This document shows, in pieces, positions 25,981-41,122 of a stretch of DNA of 64,000 nt (position 1 is the stretch's first letter; each line of letters opens with the position of its first letter). The stretch is from NCBI GenBank assembly GCA_028534125.1, contig CM052817.1, positions 65,908,001 through 65,972,000 of the forward strand, given 5' to 3'. Below the pieces are notes generated by a model. The model saw only the letters and a program-made list of their open reading frames with translations, was not told where the DNA came from and did not search any database. The translations under genes were made by a program, and so were the position numbers. The DNA comes from Lama glama. Its lineage: Eukaryota.

Positions 25981-28900
25981 AGGCTGAAGTCACTTTCGCA
26001 GGTGGAGAATTATTTAAAAAAAAAGAAGTGGCAGCAGCTATGTGCCATTACTGCATTTTTCTTCTGTGTAGTGTGTCTGAACAATTGTGAAACAGCTTTT
26101 CCCTCAGGGCTGCAGATTCACAGGAGAAAAACAATTCAGAGGTGCTAAGTGCTCTGCAAATGTTTAACTCCAACTGGGAAAGGGTATCAGCATTGGTACA
26201 ACAGTAATTTAAAGGGAGATAAAGCTCTGAAGGTCAATACTGATAGGGTACTTTCGGCCACTGTCTTGCCATTAATTCCCAGAAAGAAAATGCTTCGATT
26301 AATGCACGTATTGACTGCCAACCCTGTACAAGGCATGCTACTTGGCTTTACAATGTGTATCAAAAAGCTCCTTGATTCAAACGAATTAGAATCTGATTGG
26401 GAAGTTATAGGAATGCCTGGAAAAGCTAACTAGAAAAAAAAGTAAATGCTAAGTATAAGGGCATTTGATTGGTACTGCAGATGTTCAGAAAAGGACTACC
26501 AATGGACAGACTGGAGGGGGGTCTAGTCCATTTCAACGAGCAGAGAAGAGTGAGACAAGTATTCTAGATACAGATGCAAAGTGGGCGGGCAAAGCAGTGG
26601 AGAAAAGGAAAGCCCAAAGTGGTTCAGGGCAAGAAATAGATAAATTTGGCTGAAGTAAAGGGTTCACCCAGAGAGATAGGTCACAAATGCAGATTGTTGA
26701 TCCATAAAGTAAAATTGTAACTAAGAAGCTGAAGAGGAGTACTCTCCTGTCAGCTTCTGGGAAGCCCCAGACTGACACGCGGCATAATTAGGGCAACATA
26801 AAATAGTCAATGATGATAATACATTAATATTGCACAACATTTTGTTTCAAAGCAATCCCATCCACGATTCACAAACAAAAATCCTTTTTCTCATTTTACA
26901 GAGCCGTCACCGTCCATCAACACATTTAGGTGAGCTGTGATTCGGAGCTCCACCTTTCACCCTGGCATCTTGCGAGAGGAAGCAGGAGTTGTCAGAGTGA
27001 GGAAACTGAAGCAAGAAGATGAGCGGGTTGTTCAGTCAGCCCGGAAAGGATTAGAACTGAACGAATTAAAGTAGGTCAGGGATTGATGTTGGAGAAGGGA
27101 CACTCACGGTCCTCAGAGCATCCTGAAAGCTGCTTTGAATTGCAGCCAAGTATGAACTACTAATCAGAACTACTGGACATGTAAACACGAAGTTGATCAC
27201 ACAACTATTCTAAGTTTTAAGATGGCAGAATAAACCTATTTTTTCCTCATTCATTCATTTTGCTAGGGAGCTATCACTGTTGCCTTAATTCACAGGAGCT
27301 TTAAAAATCAAATCATACTCTACTAGGTTATAATTCCAGAGGACTTTATGGGTATCGGTTTCAAAGAATCAAATGGTTAACTCAGAGATTCTTCACGGCT
27401 GTTTCTTTCCACTGATTGTGTTTTGAAGGTGCCTGCAATCTAGTTTCATTGCACTGCCTTTTAAAATTCTCGTTAACATTTATTTTATTCAAATACAGTA
27501 ATCCTCGCTTCAGCAGTGAATAGCTAACTCCCACTCCCACACACTACGATGTTAGCATCATAGCTTTTAAGTGCTTCAGAGATTTTGTACAAAAGTCTTT
27601 TGAAATCACGTTCAAACTGAAGACTATATCTTTCTTCTTCCTATCAGTTTATCTTTTTCTCTTGGGAGACTTTTTTTCTTTTATGAAATGGTTCCCAAAT
27701 TGAAATGCTTCTATCCCCTCCCTGAGAGACTGTGATCTACCCTAAAGGCAAGAGTGAAAGAACCACAGAACCTCAAAGACAGCAAGGCATTGATGTCTAT
27801 TTTTTTTTTTTAAGTTCATACCTTGTTAAATCAGAACTACAGACAAAGAAGCATCTTATGTGAGAAATAGCTACTGGTCTCAAGCAAAATTGCATCACCT
27901 AGCCTACAACGGATGGATGGAAAATGTCCAGGTCTGTTTCTATGGAGTGAAGTCCCAATTCTCTCCCTCTTTTTTTTTTTTTTTTCTGTTTTGACCATTG
28001 TTTTTTTAATTGTTAAAAAACTTGTAAGTGTAGTACATGCTACTTAGTAATCAGTCTCTTTCAAGAAAATAACTCTTTTGGGCACTCCCTTCACCAGGTA
28101 TAACAGAAGAAAAAGTTTAATACCCTAAAACAATAAAAACATCAGTGTCCATGTTTTATATACTTTTGGTAAATAACTGGATGACGGTGGGACATGCAAG
28201 GTAACCTACTGAGTTTGTGCATTCCCTGCAGGTACCATGGGGGACTTTTTGGTACAAGATGGAGAAGCCTCTCCCAGCGAAGAGAATTAGCTCTTATTGA
28301 TTTTATACAAAAGGTGCCAAGACTGAGATTTTGTTTGGGGGGAAAAAAGTGCTGCTTAAAAATAAAAAAGTTTCAAAAACACTGGCCATGACTTTATTTT
28401 TGCCTCTTTCTAATCAAATATGAACCATTCTTCAATGTCCAGACCATATTTTTATCTTAAACAAGGCCTTCTCTGACCACTCTAGAAAATCAGCCCTTGT
28501 CCAGTGTACGTGGTGTTTGACTCTTAGTTTTACTTAGTGACACTGTGTCTTGTATTTTCATTAAATCATCCAGACGTCTAACTTTTGTCACCTAGCTTAT
28601 AAGCACTTGGTATGGTGGAAACATGTTTCATTTGATTTTGCATGCTTCTTGCCACAGAGAACCAGGGACAGCACCTCTTTTTTAGGAACTAGGCGACAAG
28701 AAAGGGGAGACAACTACCCCTCGAGCCCTGCCCTCCGCGGATGGGGCAGACACTGCACTGTGTCTACTGATAACCATGCCCCAGGGCCACAGAGGAGGGC
28801 ACACCAATGGCAACGGAGCACATGGTTTGGCTGCAGCAACTCCAGCCAGCAGGGGTCCCTCTCTGGGCTAAGGGGGCGGGGGCTGGAGTATGTAGGACAG

Positions 28901-29996
28901 CACAGCTGTGTCTGGGGAGAGGCAGAGATGGGGAAGTGAAGCAACACGGTGATGCCACGTGGTCTGTCCTTTGGAGAGTGCTCCCTGACAGATCCAGAAG
29001 GTACAGGGGTCAGGGTCCAGCCTGGAGCAGGAGGAGGTGGGACGAGCGAAGCAGGAAATCAGGGCACAGGCAAGGGGAGGCCCACTTCTCACGGGGACAG
29101 TGGAGTACATGAGGGAACTGAAGGTAATGATCTAGTCTTAAGGACTGAGGACACCCAACAGGGGCTTGGGAAGGCAGCCGGGACACCAGCCCATGATAGG
29201 AAGCCAGCTATCACAACTCGCTTAGGCAGGGAAATAGCTCCTAACCCCAGGAGTTTTCATACTGGTTCAGAACTGAGGCTGCCTTTTCCTGCTTCTCCTG
29301 GGCTATATTTGACCTCACATATATATTATCTGACTGGTGTCTCTCTTTCTGTTTCATTTCTCCTCATCTCACAAAGTCACACTCAGATATGCTGCGTACT
29401 ACACTATCCAGAACAATGCCAACTAGGGTGAATGACTTTTTCACATTTTATCACTCATTCTGCTACAGCTGTAATACCTCACATTTCCCAATAAAGAGAT
29501 GCCCTTTATGGAAGAAAACAACATATCCTCTGCTCCTCCTCTCTTCCCTATAGTCAGTGAATAATGCCGTCTTGTTTCGTGGCCTCTTTCAGACAGACAG
29601 GTAAGGCATCGAGAAGCGAAGTACAGGATGCTGCACCAGGTGATGTGGGTTTGATCCCAGTTCATCCCCATCTAACTGAGAGACCGAGGGCAAGGCAACT
29701 ACCCTAGAGACTCACTCTGTATATTAATAGTGGGCTGTGGGGGGCAAATGATTATGACTTTACAGTTTAATTCAATTAAAAAAATAAATAAATATGTACT
29801 TGCCTAGCACAGGATCTGACCCATGGTAGGTGAAGAATAAATGAAATTTGAATTTGAATTTCAAACTATAGCTTGTTTTCCTTGATCCTTTACATGCACA
29901 GTCACACTATTCTTATTTAAATCCCTAACCTGCTTAAGAAGCATGATTTTGGATTACTTTCAATTATTTTTCTTTTAAAGCCTGTATCCATCAGAG

Positions 29997-30110
29997 CAGT
30001 GACTGTCAACTCTGCTATACATTAGAATCTCCTGGGGAACAGTTAAAAAATAACAGCGCCTGGGTCCCACCTCTGACCAACTGAATCTGCAGTTCTGAAG
30101 ATGATCACAA
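29997..30110. mobile_element. MER5-type hAT MITE fragment
   Basis: cagtgactgtcaactctgctatacattagaatctcctgggga...gcctgggtcccacctc. Confidence 0.75.
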
Positions 30111-30236
30111 CATTTGCATCAAACAATAAATGAAAAAGTAGGAAGAAAAAGAATGATTAAAAACGTTTAATTCAAATCAAACCAAAATAGAACTTAAGAA
30201 TTATTACACAGCTTAAGACTATCACACAGTCTATTA

Positions 30237-30383
<147 letters not shown>

Positions 30384-32781
30384 TCAAAACAAGGCTAAGC
30401 ATGGAAAAATGATGGTATCAAATTATAGATTTAGAAATAGAAAATTAAAATTAAGTTTGGTTATTCAAAGAGAATTCAGTTATATAACATTAAATAAATT
30501 TTTCTCTTTAAAGTCTGCTATACACAGACATGAGTTCATTTCAGGGTGACAATGAAAACATACAGTCATATGTACAATTTCCAAATGGGTCTTTTCTAAG
30601 TTTAGCAGACCCAGGGGAGGGTGGAGTTCAGTGAAAAATCATAATTCATTTTGAAGTGCTCAACAGAGAGGACAAAAACTACTTTTTGCACCCAGATTCT
30701 GTACCTAACATGTTTTTCAGAAGTTTGTCAATATTTTTACCATAAAAAGACTACATAAACAGAGCAATATGAGTTACCACTCATAACCAGGCTGATTATC
30801 CTATTTATCTACAATATTCTATTATGGTTCTATAAACCCATTTTGCCTGGTCTAAGTAATTTGCTTTTCAAAGGATGTCTGGTTAAATCTATGGGTTTTA
30901 TGAACTGAAATTGTTTCTATTTTAGAATTTTATTTATTACCAATCTCTTCTGGTGTCTGTAGGTCACAGATTATTGTCCCAGCGGGGTAACATTTAATCA
31001 ATCAGTAGTGAAACCTCTGCAAGATCTTTGGAAATAAACCAACAACCGAGTGACTTTTCTTCCACTGAAACAAATGTAGGACTCTAGTCCTCAAATAATC
31101 AAAAAAATACAGGAGATTCTGTTCTTTTCCATCAAGGTGAAAAGGTAGCTCATGAATTCTATACGAGAGCTTTCAGGAATATCAGTTTAGAAGAATTCCT
31201 AAAGTGCCAAAATTTCATCATTCCTTAGTTCTTCTGTGTTACTTATTTCTGGCAGATCAATCAAACCTAATTTAGCTGGGTTCTAAATGTGCCTCAAATA
31301 GTATCTTTAGAGAGAAATAGCCACCTTAAATTTTATCATTTTACAAATATTTTGATACTACTTTTCCAGAAGAAAAAACATCCCCTTAAAAGTCTTCTGA
31401 AATGTCCCAGAAGCATTTATTCTGCTTATGGAGGTGAACTTTGTTGGGGGAAAAAAATCAGAACGTGAAAGGTAGTAACACTCTTAATCTTAGTATCTTG
31501 ACTTCGTAAAACTGTGGTCAACAATGCCTACTTGACAACAAATAGAAACAAAGAATCTGGATGACATAATCTCAATTTTCCCCAATGAATCAATCAGCTG
31601 CTCATTTTAAACAAATATATTTGTCAATTTTAATTGATGCACTGAATCATTTTCAAATAAGCAGATGATTTCAGGTCTCTAGTGGGATTAAAATAAATCT
31701 GCTTAACATATTCAGTTAGGAAGGACAGTCAGCCAAAAAACAATGGTGACACCACTGCCCTGAAAAGTGAAAAAAAAAATTATTTGAGGACCTTATTGGC
31801 TGGGAATATCAACAGGTTACTTCAAACATCAGCCACAAGAGCACTGAGCACACCATACTGAATCAGTCCAGACTTGCTGACTGACTGCTTGAAAAAAGCT
31901 AATTGTGAAAAAAACTTAGGATCCGCCTTGATTCAGAATCATCACAGGCATGGGCTTACTTTGCAATGCAGGCATCTAAATTCCCAATTTCAATACACAA
32001 GCTATAAAAAGAAATGCTCCTCCTTTTCAGACTATTTAGAATATGAAGGAATGAGTTTAAACATTTGAATGCAAAATAACGCCTTTCAGTGAGCCTCCTG
32101 GGAAGGGTATCGGACTTCAAATTCTAAAATTAATTATGCCTATTTCTCCCCATGCCTATATCCTTAATACAGACTTAAGGCACCATCAAGGTGCATATCT
32201 GATATTTTCTAGGTTTCAAAATCCTTAAAATCGGTCTATGTTTTTAAAATTTACCAGATATTACAAAATCATGTCATGCATTTGTTATTTGGAATATGGG
32301 CTTTCCCTCATCATTTCAATGTCTGCTTTTGTCCTTTAAAACTTTACAGGGATCAGGAATGATACTCTTTAAACAAGAGTACAACATGCAGTATCTGTGA
32401 AATATTTATGTATTTTTGTGTAATTCTCATTCACATTGCCAACCAAGACTGAAAGCGGCTGTAATTTACTCACTTATGGGACAGTGGTAAGAGCAGGAAT
32501 TGAAAGAAATGAGAAGAGGTGGCCTCACAGTGCTTAAGACAGCCAGGTGAAAATCCTACCTGCTGAAGCTAAAAATGGAGGAACTCTGAAGGGAACTTTA
32601 TGACACATCTGTAGCCACTCATTCCCCAGGACCCATGCCCTATCTGTGTCACCAGAAGGCAACTTTTAGATCTAACTCCTTCAGGGAGAGTGCCTGGGAA
32701 AAGCGAACCTCCACAGTGGAGTGCATGAGGGAATTGTGACAAAGGCCCGTGCATGTTTCCACAAACCCAGAGAACTGCTCA

Positions 32782-32964
<183 letters not shown>

Positions 32965-35084
32965 TCAAACATACGTCATTCATGAAAAGAGCCTCTTGGT
33001 TCTACAGACAGGTTTCCCCCCGTGGTAGAAAAAGCACCTACAGCTGTACTTTTTACATAATCAGAAAGGGCTGGAGGTGTGTGAATTGGGAAAAGAATGC
33101 AAGCCTTTACATATAAAGAAAAGTATCTGCTCAGAGAGAAAATCAGTTTATCAAGTCCACACATAAACACAAAGCGAAAAGGAGCCTTATACATAGCGTG
33201 AGAAGGGAATTTAAAATATAAACCCCAATTTCCTGAAACAGAGTGCTATCTGCATTTGGGTGCCTGCTTGAAAGCTTGGCAGAGAAGACTGAGTTATGGA
33301 GTGGGAGAGAATAGATGCTCTGGGAAATCGAGTTGTCAACTTACTTATGGGTCCGTCAACTGATTACATCATTCAAAATCTAAACAGAATTATGGCATGC
33401 GCAAGAGTTTTAAATGTGTATTTTAAATATGACCAGCAGAACTTTATCTTAAGACTTTTTCTTTATTGTGATTTAATAAAAATATCAAATGCACAATCAA
33501 GATAATTAAGTCTGTAAAGAAAGTCTCAAAACCAAAGATGGAAAGTTCATTAAAAATGAAATTCAAATTACAAGCTAAACTTGAAAACCCTTTGCAATCA
33601 CTTTCTCTCTGCTCCAAGAATTTTTAATGAGAAAAATGCATGCCATAAATATGAATAAAATTTACATAGTTCAAATCAAGGGACAGCAAACCAATTAAAT
33701 ATAAACAAACTGCAGATATTCACTAGAACCTAAACTACATACACTATACAAAACAATTCAGCAATTATAAAAATAGGTCCTTGCAGAAATAACAGTATAT
33801 GTGACTCAAATAATTTATTATAAAAGAGAAGATGAAAATAGTTTTTCTACTACAGATTTTGTAAGAATTCCCTGATCAACAGGAAAAAAAAAAAACACCA
33901 TTAAGATGGCATACCATTGTAGAGATATTGATTATAAAAAGAATTCAATTCTTTGGCAAAATTCTTTGGATGTGAAATAAAAAATAGCCTTTGTGTATGT
34001 GCACACATTTGTGTGTGGGTGGGTGTGTGTCTGCACATATGTGTGTTCTAGAATATTCTAGCAATTGGCCAGGGAAAGAAAAAGAGGAGACACCCAGGAA
34101 GCCTTCACTTCCTAGTGTTCCCAGGTTGTCCCAACAAATAAACCATCTAACTAATACACAGTCACGTAACTTACAAACTGGAGATAGCGGCCCAGAGTGT
34201 CTACATGGAAATGAGTCCACATGGTACCTAGATCACTGGTTGATCAATGTGTGTCTTCAGAGTGTGTGTTCTACTCTGGGAGAAGGTGAGTATCAGTGTG
34301 TCAACAAAAAACCCTTAATTTCAGAGACACTGGTTGGTCTTCAAAAAATAGCACATTTGCTTGGTATATATGCAGCTATAAGATGCCCAGCCCAGGGGTG
34401 ACAGGGTAGGGGTGGCACTCAATAAATGTCCCTTTCCTATCTCTTCAAGCAGTTTGCTTAGGTTTCTTAAGCCCTCACAATGCTTCTTTAAAAAGACATT
34501 TTATTGCCTTGTTGTACCACTGAAGACAGAAATTGTCTAGGTTCCTCGCTTTTTTCCTCTGGGCAAATGGCTTGGCTGCTTTTTTAATTTATTTTTTCCT
34601 TTGGAAGAACTTATGTTAGTCTTATGAAAACATAATTTTAACATATTTTCTTCATGCTAAGAAAGCATGTGAATCTGAGGAAATCTTTTTGAAAAATATG
34701 TATCATGTAGATCTTTTTTTTTTTCTTTTTTCATTAATAAGGTGAAGTTTCTGAGCCCATCTCAGAAGAAGAAAAGAATCTTTCTTCCTCCAGTCTGATC
34801 AGCCCAGGCCTCAGCCCGCCATGGGCACCCTTGTCAGGCACAATCCATCTGCATGGGTGACCCTGGAATGGTTTTGTTTAATCCTATATCCTGAACATGT
34901 CCTGAAACAACACTTGCTTCAAGGATTGTTGAAGGTCACTGATGCGTTTGGCTGTGTGATATTCATTTATTGCTGTGTTTGGGCAAGAAGTTATTTTAGT
35001 CTCTGAAAATCTTGTTTTTTTCTATTGGAGAATGATTATTCCTAATCACTAGAGATGCGTCTTCTGTGGGTAGAAAGGGAGGTG

Positions 35085-35310
35085 GAAATTTCCACGGAAC
35101 AGTGGGGATCCTTAGATCTGGGGTCTCATCCTACTTTCTTGTGTAAACTTTGGAAAATTGCTTATCCTCTTTGAGCCTGAATTACCCCATTTGTAAAAAT
35201 GCAGACAGTATTATTTATTTCACAGATATGAGATAAAAATGAAAGGAGGTAGCAATTTATGTACATGTCCTAGCCCAGTGCCTGCCCCACAGCAGCAGAC
35301 AGTTAGCAAT
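35085..35310 (+). mobile_element. MIR SINE
   Basis: tgcttatcctctttgagcctga...catttgtaaaaatg...cctagcccagtgcctg. Confidence 0.75.
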
Positions 35311-35739
35311 TCCGAACCTCTCCCGCCACCACGGTGTGGAGGGAAGGGCGGTGAGTCAGCACCCTCAGATTCTAGAAGAAGCTGTTTCATTTATCAGTTG
35401 TGACTTGTGTTGGATCTTAAAGGCAATGACTTCTGGGGATTCACAGACAGGCGAGGGGTTAGAGTTTCACCAAAATAAGGGGAGGAGTAGGAATTAGAAC
35501 AAGCGGAACATAGGTAAGGGAAGCAGGAAGGTCAGACAGGATCAGAATGTCAGATGTCAGAAATGACAGGAAAGCTGGCTTGGCCTTAGAGCAAACAGCT
35601 ATCGTTAGACTCGTTCTGTTGGTTCTCTCATTTTTGTTTCTTGCTATATTAAACTACATTTTAGACCCAGAAAGAAATCTTGCAGATTTCAGATGCTTTA
35701 ACCATGGATATTGCCAGCAGGCATTATTAAAATGCTTTT

Positions 35740-36060
35740 TTTATGCTTTTATGCCTTTGCATATGCTTTCCCTGAGTTTGTTTTTCCCTTCTGCAAAGGC
35801 CCTCTCTTCTGCCAAGTCTTTGCCAAATGATCACTTGTGAACCTTTCCCATCACCCTGTGGTGTACAAACTGCTGCATCTACCACATTCCTGTAACATAT
35901 GAATCTAATACATCACTCGTCACGCTGTAGTGTAATTTATGTTTATACATCTGCTCTCCAGTAATAGTGAATGCCTTAAGAGACAGATTCTGTTTTATTT
36001 GTCTTCATATCCTAAATGCTCAGCAGCGATTTGTCAGCGTATTGGAGCTCACATGCAATT
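35740..36060 (+). mobile_element. L2 3' end
   Basis: gtttatacatctgctctcc...ccttaagagacagattctgttttatttgtcttcatatcc...ctcagca. Confidence 0.7.
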
Positions 36061-36524
36061 ACTGGAGTAGCCTCGAAAGGGGCAGCTAAGCAGAGGAGAG
36101 ATGCAAATGGTTTCTCTCCCTCACCAGCTTCAGCCAAGCAGAGGCGGGCAACCTGCAGTCCCTCTGCCAAGGAACCAAAGAAAGCCTCCACCTGCCTCCA
36201 TGGCGCGTCATGGACTCTCAGCCCAGTTAAGGAGGACTTGGTCCAGATGCCCAGCTCCTCCTCTGCTTCCTGGGAGCTGGCAAATGGGTACTCAGCCCTG
36301 GGCGATTGTGGCGCTGCCTGGATGCTGTCAGGCCGGTCTTTTTCTAGGACTCGCTGGTTTTTATTTTGCTCAAGGGCTCTCCAACTAATTTCATTTTGCC
36401 CACCTGGGATCAAGTCTGGAAGGGCTCCAACTCTTCCTGCCAGAACTTCACCGGAGCTTAAGCCCTCACTCAGACGTGGCTGCCAGCTGCCTCAGGAACA
36501 GGGAGCCTTTTTTATTCAAGGCAA

Positions 36525-37110
36525 ACTTTTCTTTGAAGGATAACATTTTTACAGAAAACTGCACAAATGGGGAAGATTACAAGTTGACACACAAAACTGC
36601 CTAAATCAGATTACAAGTGAACACCCTTGTAACTAGCACTCAGAACAAGACAAAGAACGTGATCTGAGCCCCGGGAACTCTTTCTATCTCCTTTGAGTCC
36701 CCATCACCTCCTCACTAAGGGTAACCAGCATCCTGGCTTTTACTGTTATACATTAGCTTTCTCTAGCGCTGTACTCGTGTTTCAGTGGAATCACCCAGTG
36801 TGCACTCCTTAGTGTCTGGTTTCTTCCACTCACCATTTTATGTGTGACATCCACCCATGTTATTATGTGCAGTTTTGGTTAACTCATTCTCATTGGCTGT
36901 AGTTAGTTGTAATAAATATACTACATTTTTTATTCATTCTACTAAATGGACATTTGGGTTGTTTCCATTTCTTGGTTATTATGTGTACCACTGCCATGAA
37001 CAATCTTGTCTGTCTTTTGGTACACTTAGGTACACACTTCTAGTGGAAATAAAAATAGGAGTAGAAAAGCTCAGTTAAATATAAATGTTTAGCTTTATTG
37101 TATACCAAAG
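36525..37110 (-). mobile_element. Old L1 (L1M-type) 3' region
   Basis: gtgaacacccttgtaactagcactcaga...gtaaccagcatcctg...tggacatttgggttgtttcca, the reverse of an L1M 3' end. Confidence 0.85.
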
Positions 37111-37199
37111 CAGCCACCTGTGATCTGGGATTAGAGGCAGAGTGAGACCACTGGGGTGGTCATCTTTCTAGAATTCCTAGAGTGTTATCTTCCTCATAT

Positions 37200-37560
37200 T
37201 TTCTCACAAACACCACTTTTCCTGCCTACAAGAGCCTTCCCCATTGACTCTGGTTGGATATGTTCTACTCATTCTTTAAAGCTTAGGTCAAACAACATTT
37301 CCCCAGTGAGTAGTCCCTTCAACCACATTCATCCTTGTTTGTATGTATGTATGTATGTATGTGTGTATGACAACCTTCACATTTATCAAACTACTCACCT
37401 TGCATTTTATTTGTCAGTTTCTGCTTCTCAGTCTCTAGCACTAGATTGTCATTTTCTCAAAGGCAGGGACTTTGAGTATACATATAAAAACCTCACAGAA
37501 GGCATTATATATTAGGTGCTCAACTAATATTTGTTAAATAATTGAACAAGTGAATGAATT
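37200..37560 (+). mobile_element. L2 3' end
   Basis: cactagattgtcattttctcaaaggcagggac...taggtgctcaactaatatttgttaaataattgaacaagtgaatgaa. Confidence 0.75.
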
Positions 37561-40500
37561 CTCAAAAGGATACCCATGAATGGAACAGTATGAATTGAAG
37601 GGAGGGGATGGGTAGGATGTGAAGTTAGGTATAGTTTCAACAAACTGAAAATGTAGGTCTTGAACTCAGAGTAGAAGGGAGGGAAGGCAGGATTGTCTAG
37701 ATGCTGGGGAGACTTTAAAGAAAGGGTCCATGACACACAATGGCTGATTGGTGGTGATGTCAATGCACAAAGAAAAAGCAAACATATTTGCTAGTTGGCA
37801 TGACTGGGAGAATGAACAGAATAGAAACAGAAAAAACCAGGAGGAATCCCCAGTGGGAAATTAAGCGAGTGGGAAGATAAATAATAAAACTTTTTAGGCA
37901 AGGTACATTCAGGTTAAGGTGACAACAGAACATCTAAAATAAAAAAAAAATCTAGCAGAAAGCTAGAAAGAGAGAATTCAAGCTCAGGAAAGATAAAGGG
38001 TTAAAAGGAGCTAGACATAGATCTGGTCATCTAACCACAGAGCTCACAGTTTACAGTGAAGCTACAACAATAGATAAGGTAGCTGGGGAAAGTGTGAAGA
38101 AAAAAATGCCAAAAGCAGGAGGAAGACAAAGAAGGAGGCAGAGGAAGAGGCAGGGATCTGCCTGGTAAGTTAGAGGAGAGTCAGGATATGTGCAAAAGGA
38201 GGAACCAGAGGATTTCAAGGTGGAAGGAGCTGACAAGAGTGTCAACTGCAGAAGAGACGTTTGGCAGCTTGTGAAGAGAAGAAAGGCTACTGACCTGTGA
38301 TTAAGAGACCGGTAGTGATTTGAGTGAGCTGCAATCTGCAGCTTCAAAAACACATTTTTAAATGATCATCAAGATGGCCTTCAAATCTCAGAGCTTAGAG
38401 GAACTTTAGAATGGTTAATTTAACTCACTCCTTTTGAAGCAAGCCATTCCTAGAACACAAAGCTTACAGATGGTGCATCTAAGGCAAACAATCCAAAGCA
38501 CCAAATCCAGCCAAAAGTTTCGTTTGGTGTACCTGAAGATGAAAATTTTACCTCTGATTTATCAAGATCCTCACTAATCTTTACAATCTAACTCCTGGCA
38601 GCTTCAAGACTCTCCATTCCTTGCCTGACATTATAGGCATTCGAGTATGCAAACACTGGTCTAAGGTTCTAAAGATAATGGTAGCATTGGGGCAAAAGCA
38701 GAATTCTTATGGATTCTTCCCTCTCTGTCACATTGACTATCTTCTATAACTCACGAACAGCATTAGTAAATCCTTACAGACGCATTTCTCTGTATAACTT
38801 CATTTCAGTTGAATCACGGCCCAGACATTGTGTTAGATCATGGGTAGGATGACAGAACAAATTAAATATACAAACTCTATAGGGACATGCAAAATAAAAC
38901 CGGGAGTTGTGGATCGAAATTACTGCCAATTACTCAAACAGGTCACCGTCACCAAGTTTCTCTACCAATTGTATTGTTTCTCTGTGCCCCTCTACACCAG
39001 TTTTACAAACTGTGACCATGGAGGATGCCTTGACACCTTCAAGATGGCACTAAAGACAAAAGAATCAAAAAACTCTTGAGAGAATGTGTGAGCCATTTTC
39101 TCTTCCTCAGATAAAACATAACCCAAACTGCTTTCCCATGAGTCAGAGAACATGGGCTGTGGATTTTGATAGTCAGCATTTGTCATGGTTAAAAATCATT
39201 ATCTCTTAAGAACCTCTGATGAGAGGAGTTGGATAATCATTTTGTTGAGAACAAAAGTATGAAAACATGCATAGTCCTCTAATTATCTAGTTGATGGGCT
39301 TTATCTCTGATGTAAACACATCTGTGTGTACAGTCACAAAAGAAAAATATAACTTTGCATAAGTTCAGTACAGGACTTTATTTAGAACATGATTTATTGG
39401 AATAGCTGACTGAGAAAGCCAATAGAAGAATGTTATACTATGATTTAAAGAAAGATGAATGCAATATGGCTCAATATCAAAATCAAGTGGTTTGTATTTT
39501 GTTTGACATTGTATTATTGAAGCACAACTCAGCAGTATTAAATAGGTAATTTAAATTCTCATGGTATAATTAGAGATTTAATGCCAGATCTGAAAAATTG
39601 AACACTTGGCTTTGATATTTTTCAACAATATGACTTCTCACTAGAAGTTTGAACACCTTTAATGAAAGATTACTCCCCAATTAACTAATTGCTAAAAAGA
39701 AACCTTACGCTTTTCAGAAGTACTAGCCCCTGCCTCTTCATTTCAGCCCAAAGTTCCAAAACACAGAAATGAATTGTAAGCTTTCTGATAAATAAGCTTG
39801 GAACAAACCTTCTTAATATTTAAAACAAAAACTATTCTTTGAATGATGCTTTACAGTGTACAAGACTTTCTGTTCACAAACTTCAGTTTCTCAGTCACAG
39901 CAACAGACGAGTAAAAGGAAACTTTTTTCCCCATAAAAGAAACAATATATGGAACAAAATGTTCCACTGCTGAACAAGCTCTGATCAATGCTGTGCCGAA
40001 GGATGGTATCTGTTACTCTAGAGACAGAAGATATGTGGTTGCATGTATTTTACAGAGTTCTTCCAGCCTGGCCAGTAGTTTAGCTGCTGGGGCAGGAATT
40101 GAGTGCAAATTTCAGTGAACATCAAGTTTGATTTTGAAGTTAAAAAAAAAAGACTGTGTATTCTAGCATTTAAAATTCTCCATGTCTCTATAATCAGTTT
40201 CACCCTTTCACTCTGGCTACTTTCACATAAAATTGTATGTCTGATAAGGGAACTTACGTAAAACTGGGTAATGAGATGCAGTAGGCTAAAACTGAGGTAG
40301 CTAAGATGTCAGGAAAATCGGTAGGACATGCAAAACCCCAACTGTGTTGCGGATGTCTTTCTGAAGAGCTCTGAAATATAGGGTGAGCAAATCTCCATAC
40401 ATTTGCAAATATAAACATTACTAAAAATTTTGTTCAACGTGGCTTGTCAAAATGCTAAAAATACACCTATATAAATGAGTTACTGCTAATTTTAATTTAT

Positions 40501-40981
40501 TCAGGAAGTCTAATGAACTCAAGAACATTTAAGAAAAACTTGAAAATAATTAACCAATTTAAAAGTGCTTTTCTGATTTAAGTTATGAAAACTGGTTTAA
40601 AAAAAATTTCAGGGATTACATAAGGGAATGAAAAATCAAGGTTGGCAGTGCATATTTTTTAGCTACAGTTCTTGAAACAGAACAAATCTTCTACTAAACT
40701 GTACTATCTTCTTTGGCTGTCTTGTCATCCTGAAGTCACTTACTTCTTTTATACCTTTCCTATTCTTAACAGATATTATATCTCTAGGTTTATAGAGATA
40801 CCTTCATTTATTTACCTATTTATTTATATCTATATTTTCCAAAAGATAAAAACCCATTTGAACTAGGCTTTCAAAGTGAATCTTTCAATTTTACTTGTTT
40901 GCTGGCAGAGTTACACACACACACACAGAAGTCAGGCACATGGACTGATCAATTACAGCGGTTATGAGAGCCCCATCCTCA

Positions 40982-41122
<141 letters not shown>

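Noticed and set aside
36012..36543. Overlapping 175/133/95-aa ORFs
   Set aside because: Locally GC-rich sequence between L2 and L1 remnants; no similarity to any protein I recognise.
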